Origin: Octopus vulgaris
Lineage: Eukaryota
Length of the DNA stretch: 64,000 nt
Assembly: GCA_951406725.2 (NCBI GenBank)
Contig: OX597827.1
Location: 45,818,001-45,882,000 of the forward strand
Direction of reading: 5' to 3'
Shown here: in pieces, positions 51,182-64,000 of the stretch
Layout of the letters: every line of letters begins with the position of its first letter
Position numbering within the stretch: position 1 is the first letter of the stretch
Notes under the pieces: generated by a model
Databases searched by the model: none
What the model was told of the DNA's origin: nothing
Seen by the model: the letters and a program-made list of their open reading frames with translations, nothing else
Position numbers and translations under genes: made by a program

Positions 51182-54100
51182 GTGTGTATGTGTGGAGGCA
51201 CATGGTCTAGTGGTTAGAGCAGCGGACTCACGGTTGAGGGTTCGAATCCCATCTGGGCGATGTGTGTATTTATGAGCGGAACACCTAAGCTCCACGTGGC
51301 TCCAGCAGAAGGTAATGGCGAACTTCTGCTGACTCTTTCGCCACAACCTTCTCTCTCTCTTTCCTCCTGCATCTTGCAGCTCACCTGTGACGGACCGGCG
51401 TCCCATCCAGGTGGGGAACCTATACGCCAAGGAAACTGGGAAACCGGTCCTTATGAGCCAGGCATGGCTTGAGAAGGAACAAACTAATATATATATATAT
51501 ATATAAAAGTTCAAATAAAGATTACAAAACCTCAAGGGGTAATAAAATCCAATGAATATACTGGTTTATTACCTATTACAAAAAGTGTTGAATATTATAA
51601 TCAATATTCAACTGTAAGGTGACAGGATAAACCAGGGTTTATATATATTTTTAAGAAAATAAGAAAATAGAGAGATAATTAAATTAATAATTATTTACCA
51701 ATTATAAAATATCTATATATATGTATAGACGCACAAGTTGTGATGGGTAGATTGTCATTTTATATTTTTTATTTCGTGCATGCGCATTGTTTGCTTTTGA
51801 TTTTGTTGACTACACAGTATAGTAGGGTCAGTTGGGCACTGTCTGTGAGAAAAGCAGCTCTATGAAGCAATTCACTCTGCCAAAAATTTGTGAGAGGATT
51901 TGGTAGATGGAAACTGAAAGAAGCCTATAGTACAGACAGACACACACATGAATACATACACACACACACATAAAAATCATTACTTTTGTCCTTTTAAAAG
52001 AAATGAGACACAAATGTGGTATCTGAACAGAAACCGATATTTCCATCAAAAGGAGCACTGGATGGTAGTGGAGAGGGGTGGGGCAGGAGGAATGTAACAA
52101 CAGCAAAGACTTATGGGAGTTTCTGGACTAAATGAAATGTGTTCAGCATTTTATTTCCCTCTTCTAGGTTAGCAAGTTCAAATCCCATCAGAGTTGACTC
52201 AGCCTTTCATCCTTCTGTAGAGAAGGAAGTTTAATAAAAATCAAGACCTCATTTAGATTTAAAGCTAGCAATTAATTCTTATCTGAATCAAAAAACTCAA
52301 GAGATAAAACAAAACAAAACAAAACAAAAACAACCTTATCTCTCTAGTTTCCATAAAATTAAGCAGTCAGACCACAGAGTGGTGACTACTCGTCTATCAA
52401 AACAGCATTTTTCCCCTTCAATTGAGGAACTGAACACAATACTGCAAGTCAATGAAATAATCAGAAATACCCACTTAACAAACACTCAACTCTTTTAAAC
52501 CATTCCAGTCCACCTAGCTGATAGCAGATAGCAAAAAAGAGGAACAACTCAGTGTTGTATACAGTGGGAGCACTGTAAACTTAAATGGTTTGTTGACTGT
52601 GTTCAGTAGCTTTTGGGTGTGCATGACCTGGAGCCTGAAGAAGAAAAAGGGCTCTGCTAGAGTAATTTACTCATCATATATTGTAACCATGGTTGGGCAT
52701 TCAGCATATATGCCCCTATGAATCACAGGTTTTTGTTATTTAAGTTAGATATGACATGTCAGACAGTAAAAATACCTTTAGGTAATGACATCAATTAGCA
52801 GGAGTAGCAGTATGCAAAATTTATTTTAACCCCTTTGACACCCAAATCTACCCAAACCCACCTTTGGTTCGACAGAAAAAAATCTCTCATCTTGAAGTGT
52901 TTGTATTTAAATTAAAACATTGTATCATGATGTTATGAAAGAGTCTTTTGTCATGTTACAAACAACAGCGTAATACAGAAATAAACACAAACTGTAAAAA
53001 AAAAAAAGTTAATTATTTTACTAAGTCCCTTGAAATTCTTTTATTAGTTGCAAAATTAATTGAAAAAACATAATCAGTGTATTTCATCAGAAATTATTGT
53101 CACAAAAGGGCTATTTGGAAAACATTCAGCTGGCGATTGAATTAAAATGCTATTTTTCAAAGCATGTATTGAAACAGTTCTGTTCCATAGTAGAAAGGCC
53201 TGGACAATAAGAGAAAACAGTAGAAGAGGAGATAAACACTGGGCATTGCTCTCTTTTTACAATTTACACTTGGAGTTTATTTTCTGCACAAAGAACAAAC
53301 AATGAACGGTTAATTGCAAGAACACAGACTTTTTCAGCTGATAGCATTTTACATTTAAAGAGATTAATTTTGATTTCACATGCTTGAGAAGAATCAAATA
53401 TACTACCAATCACACTTTTGAATCAGCAAAATCAAGCTACAGAGCCTTAATGCAGTGACGGTGGTGGTGGTGATGGGGCTTTGCAAAGGACACAAATTTT
53501 ACAAATTAATGAAGGTCTAGCCTAAATGCATTATCAAATGTAGAGGCTGCTGACAGGGGCCAATGATGTAACAGAGATTGGCCAGTGTCGAGTGTACAAT
53601 ATCTCTTACATTATTGACAACACTTTATGGGAATGGAAGAGGATGCCAAAGAAAAAGATGAGCTGATGAGCTAAGAGATTCCCAACTAGGTGCAGGTAGT
53701 CCCCTTTTTTTTTTGAAGATATTAAAAAAGAAAGGGATTAGGTGAGCATATCTGACAACTATGTGGAACTGTTTTATTGACTGCTTATCCCCATGATGGT
53801 AGGAAATATATTGAAGAATATTAACCTGATATACTGTTAGGTCCTCATCTGTTTCTGACAAAAGATTTAGCTGCTATGTTTGAATAGATTAAAGGACCTC
53901 ACAACTCCTCTCTTGAGAGAGAGAAAGAGAGAGAGAGAGACTCGTATTGAAGGAGACTTCTGTGAGGGCTGTATTTTACTGACACACTGACCAGTTACCT
54001 TTGCCCTTTAGCTCTGACAGAGGGAGGAATTTTCTATAGATTTTACAGGTCAAGTGACAATAAATAAAATCTTCCCCACTAACTCTGATAGGTGGGGGGA

Positions 54101-54315
54101 GCGGAGTGTTCAGTGAGTGATTTGTCTGTCATGATCAATAGGTCAAGTGACTGCAGAAATTCTCACTCACTAGCTCAGAGATGAAGAGAGAAGGAGAAAA
54201 GCAAAGAGAGAAAGAGAGAAGGGCAAAGAGAAAGAGAGGGGCAAAGAGAGAGGGAAGTGAAGAAAGAGAGAAGGAGAGGGGGAAGAGAGGAGGGAGGGAA
54301 AGAGAGGGTGGGGGG

Positions 54316-54369
<54 letters not shown>

Positions 54370-54761
54370 AACAGAGAGGATACTGCTGCAGTATGGTGAA
54401 TAGGTTTAGCAAGCTTTTAAAAATGAGACCCATACACATGTGTTAACCCTTCAGCGTTTAAACCAGCCATATCAGGCTGCAAATATTCTACCTACCAGAT
54501 CCAGCCTACCACACCTCCTCTATAATAAACAAGACTAAACAATCACATCATCAGATTCTTGAAGCTATGAGAGGATTCATGATTAATTGGAAACTATGTG
54601 AATAAATAAGTATCATGTTTGACAGAGCAATCCAAATGTTAAAAGGTTAAAGACAGCAAATATATTGAAGAAAATTTAGCAGGTGAAACATATGTGTGAA
54701 GTCTTTATTGCCATCTTCTGTATACTCAGTACCATCAAAATTTATCAGTTACTTTGTAGAG

Positions 54762-55229
54762 CAGTAATTCTAAACCATTTTTTTTTTTTTTTACCTGTGA
54801 AACACTTTGGTTCCTGTTTTACTCAGGTGAACCCACAGACCATTTAAGGTTTCAAAAAATCCCATTATACATTCAGAATTAACCCTTTTGTTACTATATT
54901 TATTTTGAGATGCTCTGTGTTACTTTCAATTACTTTAAATATAACGAAGAATTCAATAAAATAACTTAGTTATCATTCAGCTAGTGTTATTAACATAAAT
55001 TGTGACTAAGGTTTGGTGGAAGATTTTAATTCAAAACTTATGGAAACAAGACATTTGTACTCAGAGCCAGGCCCGGTTTCAGCTGGGTTGGTAATGAAAG
55101 GGTTAAATATTAGGAATTGCATTAACAAAAAATTCAGATATTTGGTGTATTGTAGCCAATTTATTGCACATTAACAAAAGACTTTTTTGGCCCCTCAAGG
55201 GTCATACTGACCCTGATTGAGAACCACTG
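54762..55229. mobile_element. hAT/Charlie-like MITE with a nested TTAA-flanked MITE (54883-55102)
   Basis: TIRs CAGTAATTCTAAACC / GATTGAGAACCACTG with 8-bp TSD TTGTAGAG/TTCTAGAG. The nested element reads TTAA|CCCTTT...AAAGGG|TTAA. Confidence 0.72.
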
Positions 55230-56094
55230 TTCTAGAGGAAGGAGATCAAATGAATGAAGAGGAAACTCTGATAATTAACTTTTCAGTGGTTGGGCTATGG
55301 GTTTTATTGCATTTGAATTAGATACAGGGTGGATGAGTACACACACACACAATTTGATGATCGTCAATGGTTAAAAAAGCCCTAGTTCATAAAGGTATGC
55401 AATACATTTGTAAAACATTAAAGAGTTGATATTTGAATATGGACCCTACACCTGTACAAACATTTACCTTTTTGATGGCAACCCACCTGAGACTGCCCAC
55501 TGGTCCTATGATACAAATTTCCTGTTTTAAACTGATCTAAATTAAAAGCTTCCATCAAAATATTTTAATCTATGTCCCAAACACCAGTTTCATTTAACAA
55601 TGGACAAAGCCATTTTATTAAATTCTTCATAGTTTTTAAAGCTAATAGAAACAAAGACTGCATTTTAGTAAAAAATTTGGCAAAATGGCTAAAGTTTCCA
55701 GAGCTCTTTTCAAGGTTCTTACTCAGGGTTTGTATTCAAACACACACACACACACACATTTATCTTCATCATCATCATTGTTTTAACATCCACTTTCACG
55801 ATGCTTTCATAGGCCAGTTGGATTTATTGAGGCAAATTTTCAACAGCCAGATGCCCGTCCTACTGCCAAACTGCATTTGCTTCCAATCAAAGAAACAACT
55901 TCCCTATGGCTGGATATGTTTTCACAGAAAATTAAAATCAACACTGCTTGTATGATGGTGACACTTGTTTACTACTATCATATGGTGCTAAGACAAGGAT
56001 GCACAGACAAACATAGACACACACCAACCAATTTAGATATCCGCAAAACCCAAGCATAGTCTTAACTTAAAAACAACAAAGCCTTGTCACTTAC

Positions 56095-56113
56095 TTAGTG
56101 ACCGGCTTGGATT
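56095..56113 (-). CDS. Candidate 19-nt MGAT1 micro-exon (stem region)
   Basis: tttcttttcctttgcag|AATCCAAGCCGGTCACTAA|gtaagtga has a strong acceptor and a consensus donor. Read as NPSRSL-, it ends in phase 1, matching the exon starting at 46669. Confidence 0.4.
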
Positions 56114-56804
56114 CTGCAAAGGAAAAGAAATTTAGACCCCAACAAAAAACAAACATTCACTTACACACACACAGGCAACCACAGACAGAAACAAACAAAC
56201 ATACCGATCTCAAAATGCTGAGCCTTACTAAAACGACAGAGGACTGTGGTGCAATGCTGTACTTGAGAAGACCTGCCCACCACAACAGATTTGAGATCCT
56301 AAGGTCAAGGTGCCATGTAAAAAGCATTGGTGTGGGTGCTGGTGCCACGTAAAAAACACCCAGCACATACTGTGAGGTAGATGGTGTTAGGAAGGGCAAC
56401 CAGTGATAGAAACCAAACCGAAACAGACTATGCAACTTGGTGTAGGCCCCGGCCTTGCAGGTTCCTGTCAAGCCGTCTGACTCATGCCACCATGGAAAAT
56501 GAACATTAACTGTTGATGGTGATGATGATGTAGTTCATACATCACACATATATATGCAGTAAAACAAATTTACATATCTATCCACTAGAACTCATACACA
56601 TATGAACACACAAACTCACACATGTATATACACACAGACACATACATACACACACATATATATATACACACATATATATACATATATACACACACACACA
56701 CATATATATGTATATATATAACAAAGTGGAGTTATAAGGTACCGCACGAGTGGAATTATATATGAAAGGTTTCAAACCTTCTTTCATATATATATATATA
56801 TATA

Positions 56805-57090
56805 TAAATAAAGGAATACAAAAAGTGGGACAAGAACGCAAAACATCCAGACAATTAGATGATACAAAAAAGGGACAAGGAAAACAAGGAGTTTTCTTTC
56901 CTCAGTCGAGTTCCAGATTATCTTTGCAATCACGTGTATAACCAGCAGAAATTGCAAAGATAATCTGGAACTCGACTGAGGAAAGAAAACTCTGAATCAC
57001 AGCTCCTTGTTTTTCTTGTCCCCTTTTTGTATCATCTAACTGTCTGGATGTTTTGCGTTCTTGTCCCATTTTTTGTATTCCTTTTTATAT
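56805..57090. repeat. Foldback inverted repeat (~125-bp arms, 20-nt loop)
   Basis: ...GAGTTTTCTTTCCTCAGTCGAGTTCCAGATTATCTTTGCAAT [loop] ATTGCAAAGATAATCTGGAACTCGACTGAGGAAAGAAAACTC... Confidence 0.9.
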
Positions 57091-57139
57091 ACACATACCG
57101 GCATATGTACACTTTGGTCTCTTATACATACACACACAC

Positions 57140-57170
<31 letters not shown>

Positions 57171-58199
57171 CACACACACACGCATACCTATATACAGACA
57201 TATCGGTTGGCACACAGGACATCCAACCTTAAAACCATTTGCATCATGCCCTGGTGCACACACATGCCCGGGTGCACACCCTTCACCACTTTACAGTGGT
57301 TGCTATAGTGAGAGATGCAGCTGCAATGAACCGGCTTAACGCATGAATTTGCATGCATGCATGCAAATTCAGGCATTTAATCAAACAATGATATATACGT
57401 GGTATATAGGGGGGAGGGGGTTCATATATTAAACATAAAATTATGCATATATGCACAGTCTATGTGCAAGTGTGCACATGTGTGTATTGTGTATATTATA
57501 TATATATATATATATACACTCACACACATACACACATATATACATACACACACACATACGTACATGTTCAAACATAGGCAGAGACATGTATTTGATATAT
57601 CTAAATGTACATGTGTGTATAAATATGCATGTGTGCACTTATAAAAACACAATTTAATGCATAATATGCACATACACCAATTAATCTTTCATACTCATTT
57701 GAACAAACATTTCTGCACACATATATGTATATATAACATATAAACATATACCCATATTTATGCATATACAAACACACACATTTCGACATGTACATATATA
57801 TATCATGCACACACACACATATATATATATATATACATATATACACACACATAATCATCTGCAGACATACACACAAACACATACATATATTTACATATAT
57901 ATATCATCATCATCATCGTTTAGCGTCCGTTTTCCATGCTAGCATGGGTTGGACGGTTCTACTGGGGTCTGTGAAGCCAGAAGGCTTCATCAGGCCCAGT
58001 ATATATATATATATATACACACATGTAATCATATACATATATACATATATTTACACACATATAAATCATATACATACATATATATATACACATATAATCA
58101 TATACATACATACATATATATACACATATAATCATATACATACATACATATATATACACATATAATCATATACATACATACATATATATACACATATAA

Positions 58200-58253
<54 letters not shown>

Positions 58254-58729
58254 CATATATAGATACATATCTATAAATTTATATAAATATACATATATGC
58301 CTGCATACATACACACACATATATTTATATACACGCAAATTATAAATTTCAAATTCTTCTCTACATGTACACACACACACACACACACACATGGCCAATT
58401 TACACTGAAATTTAAGAATCTATTTCCTTATTTGCTTCAGTCGCTTCATCCTTGACTACCACCGAGTCAACACCACCACCACCACCACACCAACCCCACC
58501 TCCCACTGTTACAAGAAGACTACTACTGCCACCATCAGACCCACTAAAGCCCATATTATAATCTCCACCACCACCACCATAGCCATTTACTTTACATCAC
58601 CACAACAATCAGCATGGCACCACTGTCATTACTTATGTATGTAGAGGTGCTTGAAATTCATAATTTGTGTGTGTGTGTGCATATATATGAGTGTATGTAT
58701 GTGTGTGTATATATATATATTTATATATA

Positions 58730-58789
<60 letters not shown>

Positions 58790-58932
58790 TATCCGGTAAA
58801 TCATTAATCAAAATCTAAGGTAATTCTATAGACTAGCCATATCTATCTATCTATGTGTGTGTGTGTGTGTATGTATGCGTGTGTGTGTGTGTGTATGTAT
58901 GCGTGTGTGTGTATATATATATATATATATGT

Positions 58933-59228
58933 GGAGGCGCAATGGCCCAGCGGTTAGGGCAGCGGACTCGCGGTCGTAGGATCGCGGTTTTGATTCCTAG
59001 ACCAGGCGTTGTGAGTGTTTATTGAGCGAAAACACCTAGAAGCTCCACGAGGCTCCGGCAGGGGGTGGTGATCCCTGCTGTACTCTTTCACCACAACTTA
59101 CTCTTTCTTCTGTTGGCCTGCTCGCTTAGCCAGCAAGGTGACGTCATTCGAAGGCTAAAACAATGCGAAGCGCATTGTGGCCAGCGATGTGTAGCAACAT
59201 CTGATGGTCTGGTCGGTCACGTGATCAC
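58933..59228 (+). mobile_element. tRNA-derived SINE family E; related copies ~51194-51480 (+) and ~28100-28457 (-)
   Basis: GGAGGCGCAATGGCCCAGCGGTTAGGGCAGCGGACTCGCGGTC head and GTGTTTATTGAGCGAAAACACC centre. Confidence 0.75.
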
Positions 59229-59266
59229 GATATATATATGTATGTATATATAGATACGTATACACA

Positions 59267-59463
59267 CACGAGAGGGTACTGAAAAGTTCCTTGCCTTAAG
59301 GGTATCACAAAAGGTCTGGTTGGAGGCCCAACCTTCCGAGTTCCTTTTACAGGGCTTAGAAAAACTGAAGGACTGTCGCAATAAGTGTGCAAATCCAGAA
59401 TATGTTGAATAAAATCATAGTTATCTACCTGTATTTTCTTTTAACCAAAGCCAGGAACTTTTT
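59267..59463 (+). mobile_element. Second copy of the mariner-derived MITE
   Basis: Encodes KVWLEAQPSEFLLQGLEKLKDCRNKCANPEYVE*, a mariner C-terminal pattern, with the same TIRs. Confidence 0.65.
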
Positions 59464-59819
59464 GTATTTGCTATGTATAAGAGTATATATTATATATATA
59501 TAGTATATATCACCGTGACCGACCAGGCTATCAGATCTTGTTACACATCGATGGTCACAATGCGCTTCGCATTGTTTTAGCCTTCAAATGATGCCATCCC
59601 GCTGGCTAAGCGAGCAGGCCAATAGTACATATATATATATATATATATAAATATGTATGTGTGTGTGTGTATGTATGTATGTATATGTGTGTGTGTATAT
59701 ATATATATAGTGGTGTCCTTAATTATAATTACATATATATATTTATATATCTAATGTATGTAGTTATATGTGTGTGTATGTATACCCACACACACATACA
59801 CACACATATATATATATCT

Positions 59820-61200
59820 CACACTACTACCACCAGTGCCAAATGCCAAGCACCAAAGCTACAATCCTTACAACAGTTTATTCATCATCACAATAACTAC
59901 CACCTCTACCACTACCACCAACATCACCACCAGCACTACCATCTCCACTTCCACCACCAACACCACAACTAACACTGCAACTACCACCACCCATATTAAC
60001 ACTTCAACTACCACCATTACACTGACATTACTACTACTACTACTACCACCACCACCACTATTACACCACCAACTACCATTATACCAACCATACTGCAACA
60101 TTTCTTTATTAACTACACAATATTACGACCACCACTACCACCACCAACACCATTATTACACCAACTTCACCACTACAATACTACCCCGTTGGCACTGCCA
60201 CAACTATGCACATATCCACCACCACGATAATCACTATTACATGGATATTAACACCACCACCACCAACACCACAACAACAACAAAAATTATACACCAACAG
60301 TAACACCACCATCTTCACCGCAATGATCACCGTTACATCCCCCCCCACCACCACAACAACCACCATACACTAACATTAACGCCACCACCACCACCACTAC
60401 TACAACCACAACGATCACCATTATACCAACATTAACACCACCACCACCGCCGCCATCATCACCATCTCCACCACCACCTCCACCGCAATGATCACCATTA
60501 CACCAACATTAACACCACCACCACCACCACGCCTGCCCGGCATTAGCACCACAACAATCACCATTGCGCCAAACATTAACAACAACAACAGCCATTCACC
60601 ATCCAAGAATCAATTTTAAGGAAGATCTGAGATACTCCAAAACTTCAAAGAACACAATTGGTTGTAAGTATTATCTGTTTTGTGGTCACCTACCTCCCCA
60701 CCACCTACACCACCACCGCCGCCGCCGCCATCGCCACTACGCAGCATCTTCCCTCACCCCACCCCCAACTCCACCTCACCAACTTTCCTTCATCAACACC
60801 CCTCCCCTGCTGCCCAGCTTTGTCCCACCCCCACCCACCCCGGCAGCTCCCATCAACCCATACCATTCCACCAGGCTTCCTTTTATTTCAATCTTTATGT
60901 TAGAATTAAGGCAACAGATTACTGCAATGATGATGATGATGGTGGTGGTGGTGGTGGTGATGGTTGTTGATGTTCTTGTACTTAAGGCTATTGTTTCTCT
61001 TTGTGCTCTTGTTCATGTTGTTGTGGAATACCACCACTAACACCACCACTGCTACCACAGCGCAATCGCCATTACCACCGCCACCACCACAATCACCACT
61101 AATATTGCCACCACTACCAGTACTATCACCACCACCGGCCCCACTAACACTATTACCATCATTATCAAATTGTCACTATTGTATTAATTGTTACCATAGC
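59820..61200. repeat. Degenerate (CAC/CAA)n low-complexity tract with ~85-bp internal repeats
   Basis: Seen directly. Confidence 0.85.
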
Positions 61201-61239
61201 AACCGCATAAGCATCGCCAACAAGTGAGAAAATTTCTAA

Positions 61240-62480
61240 ATGGTCATCCGACTTACTAGAAATAGCAGTGATATGTCATTAACATCAGTCCCAACTATTT
61301 TACAAAATAGGAAGGACAGATTGTTTAAAACAGCTTTACACACACACTGAACATTAAATGGAGTGGTCATGGCTAGAACGTCTTTGATCCTAAATCTGCT
61401 GAATCAGAGCTGACCTAGAACCGAGCAACAACAACGAAGAAGTTTCTATGAGGTCACTCAACCTGCTAAAAATAGTAGCCAAATCTTACACAAATCATGT
61501 CCTGCTGACTTAAAAAAGAATGGTAGGACACACTGATAATGAAATCCTAGATATACTCACACTCATTTTACTTGTTTCAGTCATTTGACTGTGGCCATGC
61601 TGGAGCACCGCATTTAGTCGAGGAAATCGACCCCATGACTTATTCTTTGTAAGCCTAGTACTTATTCTATCGGTCTCTTTTGCCGAACCGCTAAGTTACG
61701 GAGATGTAAACACACCAGCATTGGTTGTCAAGCGATGTGGGGGAGGGGGACAAACACAACACACAAACATACACATATATATATATACATATATACGACG
61801 GGCTTCTTTCAGTTTCCGTCTACCAAATCCACTCACAAGGCTTTGGTCGGCCCAAGGCTATAGTAGTAGACACTTGCCCAAGGTGACATGCAGTGGGACT
61901 GAACCCGGAACAATGTGGTTGGTAAGCAGGCTACTTACCACACAGCCACTCCTACGCCTATGCCTGATAAACAAAATATGATGAAAAGGCCATGACTGGA
62001 TTGCTTTTGATTCCATGTTTGTTCATTGGAAGCTGATAATAATAACAACAACAAAAAGTATTCTGAGATACACTATGCCTAATAAGGACATGATAGTCAC
62101 AGCTGGATTGTTTTTGATCATGGCTCTACAGGTTTGTCTGATTGGAGCTGATCTACAACTAAACAACGAAATCAGCAAAGAAGGGGCACGATAGATGATG
62201 TAGTCCAAGATACACTAGGTCAGAAAAAGAAGACATGATTGTCACAGCTGGATTGCTATTGATTACGGCTCTGCTGATCTGTTTGATTGGAGCTGACCTA
62301 CATCTAAACAACAAAGTCAGCAAAGAAGGGACATGATAGATGATGTAGTCCTAGGTACACAATGTCAATGAAGACGGGATATAAAACGACACTATGTGAA
62401 AGGCAGCTAGAATGCTTTCAATTATTTGTCTGCTTTACCAGGGCTGACTTGAGTCTAAAAAAACAACAACAACATCACCA
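61240..62480 (+). repeat. Old interspersed repeat family G, several degenerate units (also ~960-1290, 14010-14190, 40700-40870, 48180-48380, 63740-64000)
   Basis: Recurring CTAGAAATA(A/G)CAGCCAAA...GATAATGTAGTCCTAGAT...GGTCACAGCTGGA...TTTGATCA motifs. Confidence 0.55.
61560..61960 (-). mobile_element. Full-length family B SINE
   Basis: Reverse complement of the 21619-22010 consensus. Confidence 0.85.
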
Positions 62481-64000
62481 CCACCACCACCACCACTGCT
62501 GCCGCCTCCACCACCATCACCTGCATGTGTTGCATGTTCAACAGATAAATACTTATGTATCAATCCATTCAACCCAACATCATGCAGAAGTAAGCAGCAG
62601 CTGTGTCGCCACCAATACCACCACCAATGCCATCATGTCTTAACCACACAGCCATACCTGCACCTGGTTGCTATTTCTGGCAAAATTAAGAGATCATGTT
62701 GTAGAGCCACTGGTGGTGGTGGCGGCAGTCATGGATCCAGCTGTGATGTTCATCTATACTGTTGAAATCTAAGCACTTTGATCACAGATATTCCAGCTGA
62801 GCCCAATCCTTCTTTTATTCAGTCATATTGTATCCGAAACAACATTTTCCAATATAGTCTGCTTTTTTGATTTCGTGGAGACAGTAGAGATCAAATGAAA
62901 TAAATTACAGGTGCACTTATAAATATATAAACCTGTTTCAAAGTCTTTTTTACTTGCTGGGTCTGAAGGAAGGGACAGTGCCCTCTGGCCTTCACAGGCT
63001 TTCCTAGACTCTTAAGATTGACATTATCAATGTTCCTCTTAAACCTTTGCAAGACAATGCCTGTCACAAATAAAACACAGGTAGGAAAGAAATTCCTGAG
63101 GGACTTTCCCAGGTACCTTGGCAACTCCTTCCCTGTTCATATTTTGCCAGCAGGTGTTAAATTAAAAAGAGTTGAAGAGCGGAGAGATAAGAGGGCCAGC
63201 ATGAGTACAGACAGATTCAAGGTGTAGAAACCATTATGGTAGTGCTACAAAAAGGAGAGAGAGCACAACTATGTTAATGAGTTGGTTCGCCTTTCTCTAG
63301 ATATATTAGCCCTACAAATACAAAAAAAGCAGAGAAAAGCTAGCACACCTATGTAGGGCCAGAGGCTGGAGTATGAGTGTGAGTGACTTTATGCTAGTCA
63401 ATTGGTTGGCCCTTCTCTAGAGATAGTAACACTACAAAATAGAAAAAAAAAGAGCAGAGAGAAGAGACAGCACACTTATGCATGGGACAGAAGTTGGAGC
63501 AGCACGTCTGTACTAATCAGTTGTGTGGCCCTTCTCTTGAGGCAGTCTAGATTGTCCAAAAATACAAAAATCTATTACTTACCTCGTTTTATTAATAGTA
63601 ATTTCTGTGCAACAAAATTATGGACAACACATTTTTCAAGATGCTCACACATTAGTATTGATTTTTTAAAAAAGCCTTAAGTTATATTTTTAAAAATCTG
63701 CAGCATGCTATTTCTGAGCTATTCTGCAGAAGTGTGATATCAGAAATATTTGGCTGCTACTTCTAATGGATCAAGTGTCCATGTGCAGGCTTCTCATCAA
63801 CTCACCATATTGTTGTGTTGTTGTCATTTAGTTCCAGGTCAGACACGGTTGGGCAGGCCTATGATCAAAGCTGTTCCAGTTGCAACCATGCTCCCTATTG
63901 TCAAAAGTGTCTTCCCTTTTTAAACAGTAGCATGTGATTCTAGGAAAATTTGGCTGCCATATCTTGCAGACTGAGCAACCATGTAAGAGCTCTCTCATAG

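Noticed and set aside
62891-63227. Overlapping 69-77 aa ORFs in unique sequence, considered as the MGAT1 N-terminal exon
   Set aside because: No transmembrane segment, no suitable splice donor and no recognisable motif.

Overview
Eukaryotic, AT-rich DNA saturated with microsatellites and SINEs. The repeat families and (TA)n/(TAA)n/(CAT)n load suggest a mollusc, most likely an octopus (inference). The only protein-coding gene I can support is a minus-strand, multi-exon MGAT1 / GnT-I (alpha-1,3-mannosyl-glycoprotein 2-beta-N-acetylglucosaminyltransferase, GT13). It has nine phase-consistent GT-AG coding exons from 46669 down to the TAG stop at 15913 (1127 nt, about 375 codons). I did not find its N-terminal transmembrane exon, which is probably beyond 64000. 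The rest is a dead mariner, at least six short-repeat/SINE families, hAT, piggyBac-like, mariner and Helitron-type non-autonomous elements, R4/Dong-like LINE 3' fragments, several foldback palindromes and local duplications. Most notable is a tRNA-headed SINE whose 3' part carries a minimal, Penelope-type hammerhead ribozyme (5 copies). The one intact copy lies sense to the MGAT1 pre-mRNA, inside a ~450 bp palindrome next to a 3' splice site. Almost all listed ORFs are microsatellite or SINE artefacts. Repeat boundaries were read by eye and are approximate.
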